Source: an uncultured Gemmatimonadales bacterium
Lineage (GTDB): Bacteria; Gemmatimonadota; Gemmatimonadetes; Gemmatimonadales; Gemmatimonadaceae
Length of the DNA stretch: 64,000 nt
Direction: 5' to 3'
Assembly (NCBI GenBank): GCA_963793305.1
Contig: CAWBZV010000004.1
Span: 1-64,000 of the forward strand
A program made the translations under genes and the position numbers. The notes under the pieces are model-generated. The model was not told the origin of the DNA and ran no database searches. It saw nothing but the letters and a program-made list of their open reading frames with translations. Within the stretch, counting starts at the first letter, position 1, and each line of letters starts with the position of its first letter. Below, piece by piece: positions 55,201 through 64,000 of the stretch.

Positions 55201-56344
55201 CGAGCTTGCCTTAGCGATCGCTGTTCTGGCCCAGCCCACCTCCATGGCCAGGCTGCTCAACGGCATCGACAGCGTCGCGGTCAGCCACGGATTCTCCGGC
55301 GTCATCATGGTCGGGGAAACGGACGGGGATATGGATTTCGCCCGTTCCTATGGTGTGGGCAATCGCGTCGACACAAAATTCGTGACGGCATCCGTAGCCC
55401 AGACGTTCACGGCCGTCGCTGTCCTCATGCTCGTACAGGACGGTAAGATCGCGCTCGACGCGCCGCTCTCGCGCTATCTGCCGGACAGTGTCTATCCGCA
55501 CGACCGCGCCGATCGCATCACGATCCGTCAGCTGCTCACACACACCGCGGGCCTTGGGCCCGGCGCCGTCAGACTGCCGCAGTTTCGTGCTGCGCCGCAA
55601 TCATTCACGAGCCTCGATCAGATCATCGCGCTGATTCGCGCGCAGCCGTTGGCCGGTGACACCGGGCATTTCTCCTACAGCGGCGCCGACTGTGATCTGC
55701 TCGGCGCCGTGATCGAGCACGTCTCCGGGCAGCCCTTCCCGGATTTCGTCCGCGATCGGGTCTTCACACGGGCGGGCATGACCAACTCGAGCTTCGACAT
55801 TGCGAACCGGCCCTCGAATCTCGCCCGCGTGAACGAGGCGATGCTGCCCCGCATCGGCCTGCCCGAGGCCGTCGCCTATACCAACGCGAGAGACCTATAT
55901 CTCTTCGCCGGAACGCTCCTCAGGCGTCCCCTCCCCGGTCTCTTTACCGATACCGTCACGACGGGCCAGGAAGGCCCGAATCACGCCTACGGGTATGGGT
56001 TCTTCGTCGGGAAGATCGGCCGCAATCGTATCGTCAACCACGGCGGCACGGGGCCGGGTATCGACAACGCGTTCGACATCTATCCCGACCTGGACCTCTT
56101 CGTGATCATCCTGTCGAACCAGGACCCGCCCGCCGCTCAAAATATTCGGCAGTATCTGCGCGACGGGATCGCGCCGCTCCGCGGCACGTCGAGCAGCACA
56201 CTACGCTGCTCGACTGGTCGGTTCGCCTCCGGGGGGCAAACCCCAACTACGCCCCCCGGAGCCCCCATTACAACATCACAGATAACTCAACCACGGGCTC
56301 CGGCGGGTGGCCTTGAGGCGCGCGTACCACTGGCACACGGGTAG
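55193..56344 (+). CDS. Serine hydrolase / beta-lactamase class C-like protein
   Basis: ITIRQLLTHTAG, FSYS, YGYGF, NHGG; SxxK reads SVAQ; 3' end uncertain. Confidence 0.8.
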   Translation: MVSELALAIAVLAQPTSMARLLNGIDSVAVSHGFSGVIMVGETDGDMDFARSYGVGNRVDTKFVTASVAQTFTAVAVLMLVQDGKIALDAPLSRYLPDSVYPHDRADRITIRQLLTHTAGLGPGAVRLPQFRAAPQSFTSLDQIIALIRAQPLAGDTGHFSYSGADCDLLGAVIEHVSGQPFPDFVRDRVFTRAGMTNSSFDIANRPSNLARVNEAMLPRIGLPEAVAYTNARDLYLFAGTLLRRPLPGLFTDTVTTGQEGPNHAYGYGFFVGKIGRNRIVNHGGTGPGIDNAFDIYPDLDLFVIILSNQDPPAAQNIRQYLRDGIAPLRGTSSSTLRCSTGRFASGGQTPTTPPGAPITTSQITQPRAPAGGLEARVPLAHG

Positions 56345-57391
56345 CAGGATCGCGATGACGATAATCCAGACGAGATAGAGCAGCCCGAGACTCCACGTGT
56401 AGCCCTGCGGTGGCTCGGGGTTCCACATCGGGTGGTTCGTGAAGAGCCACGGGTCGACGGCCCCGGTCCGAATCAGCGACACGACGCAGGCCGCGGCGTG
56501 AATCAGCGGGATGTGCAGGACATAGAAGAAGAGCGGCACGCGACCGAATGTGTCGAGCACTCGCGGCCCCTTCACGAAGGGCAGCACGAGGATCGTCGGC
56601 CCGAGCGTCATGAGGAGGTAGTCTAGCGACGCCGGATACTTCGTCGTATTCAGAAACCGGATGACAAACGGTACCTGCGCGGGCAAGGCATGCCACGGCC
56701 GCGGATCGCCGTAGCCGTCGATCCCGCGCAGTATGAGAAAGAGCACCGTCGCACCGAGGCCGATCGCGATGCACAGGTCGCGACGTTGCACGATGGCGCC
56801 GAAGGCGTAGCCGGCCGCCATGACCGCGACCCAAGGGACGATCACGTAAAGCACCGCGAGAATTCCGACGGCGCCGCCGTAGTAGAGAATCTGCGCGAGC
56901 CACGAGACGCCTTCGTGCGCCGAAGGCAGCAGGTTATGACCCGCGATGATGGCGAGCGCCCCGACGGCGATCGCGGGCAGCGGCAGCCAGATGATCCCAG
57001 CGAGCAGCACCATGCACCAGCCCAGTGCCCAGATCACGCCGGCCAGGAGATAATGGCTGTAGTCGAAGTTGAACGTCCACGCGAAACGCAGGACGGTCAA
57101 CTCCAGCAGCACGAGAAACAACCCGCGCGTGACGAGAAACCGGGACATCTCGCGCTTGTCGCCGCGGCGCTGCAGACGCAAGTAGGCGCCGGTGCCGGCG
57201 AGAAAAAAGAATGCCGGCGCACAGAAGTGCGTGACCCAACGCGTGAAGAATATGCCTGGCGTAGGACCACCCGGCGGCAAACCCGAATACACGCGGACGT
57301 GGTCGAGCGCCATCAGCACCATGACGGCGCCACGGACAATGTCGATCGACGCGATGCGGTCGGAAGGGCCAAGCCGCGGGGCGGCAGTCAT
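56276..57391 (-). CDS. DUF1624 / HGSNAT-like membrane protein
   Basis: SIDIVRGAVMVLMALDHVR, TRWVTHFCAPAF, KYPASL. Confidence 0.85.
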   Translation of the reverse strand: MTAAPRLGPSDRIASIDIVRGAVMVLMALDHVRVYSGLPPGGPTPGIFFTRWVTHFCAPAFFFLAGTGAYLRLQRRGDKREMSRFLVTRGLFLVLLELTVLRFAWTFNFDYSHYLLAGVIWALGWCMVLLAGIIWLPLPAIAVGALAIIAGHNLLPSAHEGVSWLAQILYYGGAVGILAVLYVIVPWVAVMAAGYAFGAIVQRRDLCIAIGLGATVLFLILRGIDGYGDPRPWHALPAQVPFVIRFLNTTKYPASLDYLLMTLGPTILVLPFVKGPRVLDTFGRVPLFFYVLHIPLIHAAACVVSLIRTGAVDPWLFTNHPMWNPEPPQGYTWSLGLLYLVWIIVIAILLPVCQWYARLKATRRSPWLSYL

Positions 57392-57434
57392 ACCGGCGAC
57401 GCTACACGGTCAGGCCTCGGCGGGCAAGCGCGAG

Positions 57435-58187
57435 TCAGGGAACGGCGTGCGGGCTGCCGTGAGCGGTCGACCGCAGGAGCGCCTGGAGCGCGGCACGACG
57501 GCGACGGCTCACGGGCACCGTCGTGCCATTGCGCAGCACCGCCACCGTGCGCCCGTCCGCCAACGCACGGATCTCCCGAATCCGGTCGAGCCGCACGAGC
57601 GCGGCCCTGTGCACCCGGACGAACTGCGCCTTGCCGAGCCGGCGCCAGAGCGAGGCGAGGGACTCGCGGATCAGGCGATGCGTGCCGCCGGCGTGAATGC
57701 GCGAGTAATAGTCCTCGGCCTCGATCCAATCGATCTCCGTCGCCGGGACCACGAGCGAACCGCTCGGCGTCCCGACAACGAGCGCGCCGAGCCGCGCGGA
57801 TTGCCCGACGATGTCGCCGACCCGCACGCGCTCACGCACGCGCGCCATAGCGGCCGCGAACCGCGCGGCGACGAGCGGCTTGACGAGATAGTCGAGCGCC
57901 TGGGCCTCGAACGCCTTGACCGCGAAGGCATTGTAGGCGGTGACGAACACGACGATCGGCATGCGGTCGACGCCGCGCTCGCGGATCACGCCGAAGGCGT
58001 CGAGCTCCGGCATCTGCACGTCGAGGAATACGAGATCTGGGGCCAGCGTCTCCAATGCATCCAGCGCGGCCTTCCCATCGCGACACTCCCCGACAACCAC
58101 GACATCGCTCTCGCGCGCGAGCAACTGACGAACACCGCGGCGCGCGAGCGGCTCGTCGTCGACGATGAGCGCGCAGATCTCACGCAT
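57435..58187 (-). CDS. LytTR-family response regulator
   Basis: IVDDEPLAR, FLDVQMP, FVRVHRAALV. Confidence 0.9.
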   Translation of the reverse strand: MREICALIVDDEPLARRGVRQLLARESDVVVVGECRDGKAALDALETLAPDLVFLDVQMPELDAFGVIRERGVDRMPIVVFVTAYNAFAVKAFEAQALDYLVKPLVAARFAAAMARVRERVRVGDIVGQSARLGALVVGTPSGSLVVPATEIDWIEAEDYYSRIHAGGTHRLIRESLASLWRRLGKAQFVRVHRAALVRLDRIREIRALADGRTVAVLRNGTTVPVSRRRRAALQALLRSTAHGSPHAVP

Positions 58188-59187
58188 GGTATGGAAGCCT
58201 CACCGTTGCGACCGTCCCGCCACCCGGCGGTGAGGTCAAGTCCAATCTCGCACGGCCGCCATGCAACGTCGCGAGCCGCGCGCGGATATTCGCGAGCCCG
58301 ACGCCCGACGCGTTCACCTCGGCGAGGCCCGGCCCGTCGTCCGAAACGACAAGGACGAGATCGTCGCCGTCGCGTCGGGCCGAGATGCGAACGTGGCCGG
58401 ACTCGGTGCGCTTGGCGATGCCGTGGCGGACGGCATTCTCGACCAGCTGCTGCAGCACCAGCGCCGGGACGGCGGCGCCGAGTGTGTCGGGGGCGATATC
58501 AAGCGTCGGCCGCAACCGATCGGAAAACCGAATCTGCTCGACCACGAGATACCGGTTGAGAAACGCCAATTCCTCGGCCAGCGTGATCTCGTGCTTGGCA
58601 TCCGGTTTGAGCAACTCGTGCAGCATTATGCCCAACTCCTCGATCACGCGCGAGGCCGTCTCGGTATCCCGGTCGCGCACGAGCACGCCGACCGCGTTCA
58701 GACTATTGAAGAGAAAATGCGGGTTGAGCTGCCCGCGCAATGCCGTCAGTCTCGCCTCGCGCGACTCGAAGAAATAGAAGACGGCCCGCTCGGCTCCGAC
58801 GACCGCGAAGTAGACCGCGACGCCGAACGGGAGCGTGATGAAGAACCAGCTGACGAGAAACTGCTCGGTGATGGCTCCGTCGGCTCCCGGTATCAACAGG
58901 CGCCGGAGCACGGCCCCGGAGCCCGCCCATGCGGCACACGAGACGAGCGAGGCGACCACGTGCAGCGCGACGTGGCCGCGCAATGGATAGCGCCGCGCCA
59001 AGCGCCAGATCACTGGCGTCAGCGCGCCGTACAGGAGCCAGTCGCCGCCTTGCCAGAGCAGGCTCCGCGCATCGGCCGGCTCGTGGTACAGCCGCGACTG
59101 GGCGTACGCGTTGAGAACAGCCAGGATCGCTGGCCCAACCCACGCCAGCGAGATGATCGCCCAGAGCGGCGGCGATCGACGGTTCAG
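58180..59187 (-). CDS. LytS-family sensor kinase
   Basis: [32 protein letters not shown]; start uncertain. Confidence 0.9.
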   Translation of the reverse strand: MNRRSPPLWAIISLAWVGPAILAVLNAYAQSRLYHEPADARSLLWQGGDWLLYGALTPVIWRLARRYPLRGHVALHVVASLVSCAAWAGSGAVLRRLLIPGADGAITEQFLVSWFFITLPFGVAVYFAVVGAERAVFYFFESREARLTALRGQLNPHFLFNSLNAVGVLVRDRDTETASRVIEELGIMLHELLKPDAKHEITLAEELAFLNRYLVVEQIRFSDRLRPTLDIAPDTLGAAVPALVLQQLVENAVRHGIAKRTESGHVRISARRDGDDLVLVVSDDGPGLAEVNASGVGLANIRARLATLHGGRARLDLTSPPGGGTVATVRLPYHA

Positions 59188-61094
59188 ACGCCGACGGTCT
59201 CGCGCCGCTCCGGCTGTGGCGGCGTCTGAGGGGTGGCCGCGGACGCGAGCGGCGAGAGCCCGACGATGCCCTGCTCCAGCCACCGGTGCTCGCCCTTGAG
59301 GACTTGCTGCGCGAGCCGATAGATGGCGGGATCGTCCTTGCCGAACAGCGCCCGGAAATGCTCGCGCACGCGATCGCGAGCCGTGCGGCAAAAGACGTCA
59401 GCCAGTACCAGCGCCTCCTTCTGCCCGTTCGCCGCGAGCATATACGCCCGAGAGCACGCGGCCGACATCGCGAAGAGCTCGGCGCCAATGTCCACCGCCC
59501 GAAACAACACCATCTGCCGTTTCTCGAGCTTCGGCCCGAACCGCACCATCGCATGGAAGATCGACCGCCCGAGACACCGCGTGGCCCGCTCGGCGAACCG
59601 GAGATGCCGCGCCAGCGGCCCAAACTGGGTATACGCCGCCACTTGACCACGGCCGAACCAGCGGGCCGCATACCAGGCAGGATAGAACTTGGCGATGCGC
59701 CCCACGGCTGCCCAACGCGCTTTCGCCGATGACTTCGGGTCGATCAGCGCAAACGCCGTCTTGAAGTGATGATCGACCGCCTCGCGCGCGATGAACAATC
59801 GCATGATCTCCGACGAGCCCTCGAAGATCAGGTTGATCCGAAAATCGCGCATCGCCCGCTCGACGGCGATCGGCGGCTCGCCGCGACTCTTGAGCGAGTC
59901 CGCGGTCTCATATCCACGCCCGCCGCGGACCTGCAGCGCGTCGTCGACAATGCGCCACCCGGCCTCGGTGTTGTACATCTTCGCGATCGCCGCCTCGAGG
60001 CGGATATCATATCCGCCGCGCTCATAGAGCGCCGTCGAGAGCTCGGCGATCGCCTCCATCGCGAACGTGTTCGCGGCCATGAGCGAAAGCTTGCGCGCCA
60101 CCGCCTCGTGCTTGCCGATCGGCTGGCCCCACTGCACCCGCTCGTTCGACCACCGCCGCGTGACCTCGATCATGGCCTTGGTGGCGCCCACCGCGCTGGC
60201 CGGAAGGGTCAGTCTCCCGGTATTCAACGTGGTCAACGCCAGCTTGAGTCCCTTGCCTTCGCCCCACAGGATATTCTCGCGGGGCACCCGCACGTTATTG
60301 AATCGGATCAGACCATTCTCGATCGCCTTGAGCCCCATGAACCGGAGCCGGTGCACGATCTCGACGCCAGGCCAGGAGGCTTCGACGATGAAGGCCGTAA
60401 TTTGTCTTTTTGGCTTTCCGGCGACCATCACATCCGGCGTGCGCGCCATGACGACATACAACTCGGCGCGCGTGCCATTCGTGCACCAGAGCTTGTCGCC
60501 GTTCAGTATGAAGGCCGCGCCGCCATCGACCGGCGTGGCGCTCGTCGTCATGTTCGCCGGATCGGAGCCGGCGTTAACCTCGGTCAGGGCGAACGCGGAG
60601 ATCGCCCCCTTCGCCAGGCGCGGGAAATATTTTCGCTTTTGTTCGTCTGTGCCGAACAGCTTGAGCGGCTGCGGGACGCCGATCGACTGGGAGGCCGAGA
60701 GCAATGCGGTGAGCGAGCCGTCTTTCGAGGTCACCATTTCCATGGCCCGCACATACGTCATCTGCGAAAGCCCGAGCCCACCGTACTCTTTCGGGATCTT
60801 GATCCCGAACGCGCCCATATCGCGCAGCTCCTGCACGATCGCCTCGGGAATCTCGCCGGTGCGATCGATCGCATCCGAATCGACGCGCGTCAGAAATTCT
60901 TTGAGCCGCGCCAGGAACGGCGCGGCGCGCACCGCGTCTTCCGGATCTTCTTTCGGGTGCGGGTGGATGAGATCGAGCCGGAACCGTCCCAGGAAGAGCT
61001 CGCGAACGAAGCTCGGGTGCGTCCACTCGGTCTCGCGCGCCGCTTCGGCAACGTCGCGGGCTTCTTGCTCGGAGACGGCAGTATGGTCGGTCAC
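59184..61094 (-). CDS. Acyl-CoA dehydrogenase (long/very-long-chain family)
   Basis: [37 protein letters not shown]. Confidence 0.95.
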   Translation of the reverse strand: MTDHTAVSEQEARDVAEAARETEWTHPSFVRELFLGRFRLDLIHPHPKEDPEDAVRAAPFLARLKEFLTRVDSDAIDRTGEIPEAIVQELRDMGAFGIKIPKEYGGLGLSQMTYVRAMEMVTSKDGSLTALLSASQSIGVPQPLKLFGTDEQKRKYFPRLAKGAISAFALTEVNAGSDPANMTTSATPVDGGAAFILNGDKLWCTNGTRAELYVVMARTPDVMVAGKPKRQITAFIVEASWPGVEIVHRLRFMGLKAIENGLIRFNNVRVPRENILWGEGKGLKLALTTLNTGRLTLPASAVGATKAMIEVTRRWSNERVQWGQPIGKHEAVARKLSLMAANTFAMEAIAELSTALYERGGYDIRLEAAIAKMYNTEAGWRIVDDALQVRGGRGYETADSLKSRGEPPIAVERAMRDFRINLIFEGSSEIMRLFIAREAVDHHFKTAFALIDPKSSAKARWAAVGRIAKFYPAWYAARWFGRGQVAAYTQFGPLARHLRFAERATRCLGRSIFHAMVRFGPKLEKRQMVLFRAVDIGAELFAMSAACSRAYMLAANGQKEALVLADVFCRTARDRVREHFRALFGKDDPAIYRLAQQVLKGEHRWLEQGIVGLSPLASAATPQTPPQPERRETVGV

Positions 61095-61107
61095 CAAGAT
61101 CCTCCAG

Positions 61108-61785
61108 TTACTTGAATCTAACGACCGCGAGCCCCGCGCCGATGACGGCAATGAGCGCGAACGAGAACCACTGGATCGCGTAGCTCATGTGCGGACCCTC
61201 GTCGACCGACGGTTGCCCGAAACGCACCGGGTGCGCCGGTGAGACGGCCGTATCCCCTTCGAGCATGACGTTGTATGGCCGCACGGGATAACCGGCCCAT
61301 GCGGCGACCGCCTCGGGGCTGACCCAACGCAGGCGGTCCGGCCGGTTGCCGGTGACAGCCGGGCCGGGGCCGGCCCAGAGCGTCTGGACCCGGCCCGTGC
61401 CGGATAACGAGTCCGGCTCTCGCCACTGCGCATGGTCGATCGTCGCGCCATCGGGCGAGTACACCCAGCCGCGATCGACCAGCACCGCCGTATCGTTGCC
61501 GGCCATCCGGAGGGGCGTGATCACGTCGACTCCGGGCGCGCCGTTGCGTTCCCGATACGCGAGCACGGCCTCGTGCGCATAATCATACCGCCCGTTGAGC
61601 CGCACGCGCCGAAACCGCGCCTCGCTCGTGTCCCGCGGCAGCGCCGTGACATCGACGGGAACGCCATACAGGCGCGCGACGAGCTCGGCGTTCCGCCGTT
61701 TTCGTTCGCCGAGGCGGTGGAGTTGCCACACGCCGAGGCGCACGCAGACGGCGGCGAATACCGCGGCGCACGCGATAAAGACCAC
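61108..61785 (-). CDS. SURF1 family protein
   Basis: [30 protein letters not shown]. Confidence 0.9.
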   Translation of the reverse strand: MVFIACAAVFAAVCVRLGVWQLHRLGERKRRNAELVARLYGVPVDVTALPRDTSEARFRRVRLNGRYDYAHEAVLAYRERNGAPGVDVITPLRMAGNDTAVLVDRGWVYSPDGATIDHAQWREPDSLSGTGRVQTLWAGPGPAVTGNRPDRLRWVSPEAVAAWAGYPVRPYNVMLEGDTAVSPAHPVRFGQPSVDEGPHMSYAIQWFSFALIAVIGAGLAVVRFK

Positions 61786-61796
61786 CTGCCTAGTAT

Positions 61797-62585
61797 TTAG
61801 AATAGCGACATCTGCTCGCCGAGCTGCTCAGGGTCCACTGAGTGCAGCCCCAGCGCGTGTTGCATCGCTCGTGCGGACGCGGGCGAGTGGCCGGCGAAAT
61901 GGTTATTGAAATACCCGTAGACGTTCCGCGCACGGGATAAGGCATTGGCCCACGCTTCGATCTCGCGCGAGCGATCGATTTGTACGCGCGAGTAGTCGAT
62001 GATCTCCCGGTCGGGCCCCATCCAGCGAACGTACATGAAATCCGCCGTGGGCCGTTCGACCAGCGAGAGCATGGTCTTCCGCGGAATCCACCGCGCGTCC
62101 GTGAGCGCCAGCGCGACGTGATGCTCGGCGAGCAACGCCAGCACGCCGTCATAGATCCATCCCCGATGCCGAAACTCGATCGCGACCTGGAGATCGTTCG
62201 GCAACATCGGAAGAAACGACGCCAGCGCGGGGAGCTCTGACGGCTCGAAGTCCGGCGCGAGTTGCACGAGCACCGGTCCCAGCTTCGGCCCAAGCTCGCG
62301 CACCCGGTCGAAGAACTGGACGATGAGATCGCCCGAGTCGCGCAGCCGGCGGTCGTGCGTAATCTCCTGCGGCATCTTGAGCGCAAACGCAAACCCCGCC
62401 GGACTCCGTTCGGCCCACGCCCGCACGGTCTTGGCAGGCGGGATCGCGTAGAACGTCGAGTCGACCTCGACGGTGTCGAACGCCCGACCATAGATGCTCA
62501 GATAATCCGCCGCGCGCGTTCCGGGCGGATAGAACGGTCCGACCCAGGCGTCGTAGTTCCACCCCTGAGTGCCGATGCGCACCAT
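61797..62585 (-). CDS. DUF72 family protein
   Basis: IGTQGWNY, VEVDSTFYAIP, IEFRH, YFNNH. Confidence 0.9.
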   Translation of the reverse strand: MVRIGTQGWNYDAWVGPFYPPGTRAADYLSIYGRAFDTVEVDSTFYAIPPAKTVRAWAERSPAGFAFALKMPQEITHDRRLRDSGDLIVQFFDRVRELGPKLGPVLVQLAPDFEPSELPALASFLPMLPNDLQVAIEFRHRGWIYDGVLALLAEHHVALALTDARWIPRKTMLSLVERPTADFMYVRWMGPDREIIDYSRVQIDRSREIEAWANALSRARNVYGYFNNHFAGHSPASARAMQHALGLHSVDPEQLGEQMSLF

Positions 62586-62612
62586 GCTTGGAACTTACAC
62601 GGATTCGCTACC

Positions 62613-64000
62613 TCAGTCTTCCCAGCCTTGCATGTACCACTGCGCGCCGCGCGTGTAGTCGACGTAGAGCACGAACGTGGCGCCGCGGCTGGTGCAGCGC
62701 CAATAGTCGCGACAGTAGGTGTCATCCCACCAATCGCCCGCGAGACGCTCCGGGCCGATCGTGCGGTCGATGGGGATGCGGCGCGTGCGCCAGTGGAATG
62801 CGACGGGGTGGTCGTCGGTGCATTCGACGTCGACGGTCTCCGGCGCCACCAGAAATCGCCTCGCGGTGTCTACCGTGGCGACGGGAGAGGGCTCGGCCGC
62901 GTCCTCGACCCAGGCGCCGCTCTTTTCTGGGCAATGGCGATCGCGCGCGACCGCGCGGACGACGGTGTTGGGGCCGAGCTCGGCGCGAAGGCGGTCGAAG
63001 GCGGCGTCGAGACCGGACGGGTCGCGCCAGGCCGTGTCGAACAGGTTGCCTTGATCGCCAGAGAGCGGCGCGGTCGCGGTGACCGCGACGGTGACGCCCG
63101 CCGCGGGCGCGGGGAGCGTGGCGCGTTCGAGCAGTGTCCGACAGCGCTCGAACATCGGCGCGACTCGCGCGAGCGGGCGAGGCATGCGAGCCTCACGCGT
63201 CACCGTGCGATTGTCGTCCAAGCGCAACGTGATGGCGACGACGGCCGCGGCGCGACCGTCGGCCACGAGCCGCGTGACGAGCCGATCGAGCGCCGCGCGT
63301 ACCAGAAACAGCACGGGCTCGAGCGTCGTCACGCTCGTCGGGAGCTCGGCGGTCACGACGCGCCGGGCTTCGATGCGCGCGAGCGCGGGCCGGCGGCGGT
63401 CGTCGCCGTGCGCGAGCCGCCAAGCGGCGAGGCCGGCGTCACCCCACCGGCGCTCCACGTCGGTCGCCGAGAGCGCCGCGAATGCACCGACGGTCCGGAG
63501 GCCCAAGGCGTGGAGCGCCTCGCGGATCTCGTCTTCGATCGGGATGAGCGTGAGCGGCGCGGTCGCCAGGTACGCCGCATCGCTTCCCGGTGGGATGACG
63601 CACACCGGCTTGTCACCCCACGTCGCGGCCCGCGCGGCCACGCACGAATCCGCGATCGCTACGCGCACATCCGGATGCCAGTGCCCGGCGATCCGCGTGA
63701 GTGTTTTGACGAGCCCGCGCTCGCCACCCACGTGATCGAGCCCACCAGCGCCGACCCACCAGACGCCGGGCGCGCCGCCCAGTGGCGTCACCTGCGGGCT
63801 GGCTTCCAAGAGTGCGGCGGTCGTATCGATGACTGCGCGCGTGATCACGACGTCATCCCACTCTTGGGACTCGAGGTCGGCGCAATGTGCGGTTGCCTCC
63901 GTGAGGGTCATCCCCACCCGGACTCGCCGCCGGCCCGCTGCACGGGAGACGGTTTTGATGCGCGAGGTCGGGTCGGTGAGCGCGAGGAGGCGATCATCCC
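62613..64000 (-). CDS. imuB: ImuB-like Y-family DNA polymerase, 5'-truncated by the window edge
   Basis: GMTLTEATAHC, LGLRTVG, C-terminal GPERLAGDWW...RDYW...WYMQGWED. Confidence 0.8.
   Translation of the reverse strand, partial: DDRLLALTDPTSRIKTVSRAAGRRRVRVGMTLTEATAHCADLESQEWDDVVITRAVIDTTAALLEASPQVTPLGGAPGVWWVGAGGLDHVGGERGLVKTLTRIAGHWHPDVRVAIADSCVAARAATWGDKPVCVIPPGSDAAYLATAPLTLIPIEDEIREALHALGLRTVGAFAALSATDVERRWGDAGLAAWRLAHGDDRRRPALARIEARRVVTAELPTSVTTLEPVLFLVRAALDRLVTRLVADGRAAAVVAITLRLDDNRTVTREARMPRPLARVAPMFERCRTLLERATLPAPAAGVTVAVTATAPLSGDQGNLFDTAWRDPSGLDAAFDRLRAELGPNTVVRAVARDRHCPEKSGAWVEDAAEPSPVATVDTARRFLVAPETVDVECTDDHPVAFHWRTRRIPIDRTIGPERLAGDWWDDTYCRDYWRCTSRGATFVLYVDYTRGAQWYMQGWED

Overview
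The window looks like two genomic contexts joined near 17.6 kb. Positions 1-17.6 kb resemble Acidobacteria: glmS with transposon-end-like repeats just downstream, a beta-propeller/Y_Y_Y sensor kinase with its regulator, ada, kdsB and tRNA-Met. This part carries many single-base frameshifts typical of uncorrected long reads. Positions 17.6-64 kb are higher in GC and resemble Gemmatimonadota (lineage calls are inference). The core genes at 44.4-64 kb include prolyl oligopeptidase, tRNA-Ala, rnz, acyl-CoA dehydrogenase, SURF1, DUF72 and an ImuB-like polymerase. The main finding is an intact minus-strand tRNA-Gln(CTG) at 44351-44423 followed by four copies of its 3' 42 bp at 41969, 38244, 36391 and 22471. 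Each copy covers the anticodon loop to the 3' end. The copies are flanked by conserved arm-like modules and terminator hairpins. They divide about 22 kb into a tandem array of cargo cassettes (about 2.3, 3.7, 1.8 and 13.9 kb, plus a probable fifth) that holds only decayed integrase fragments.
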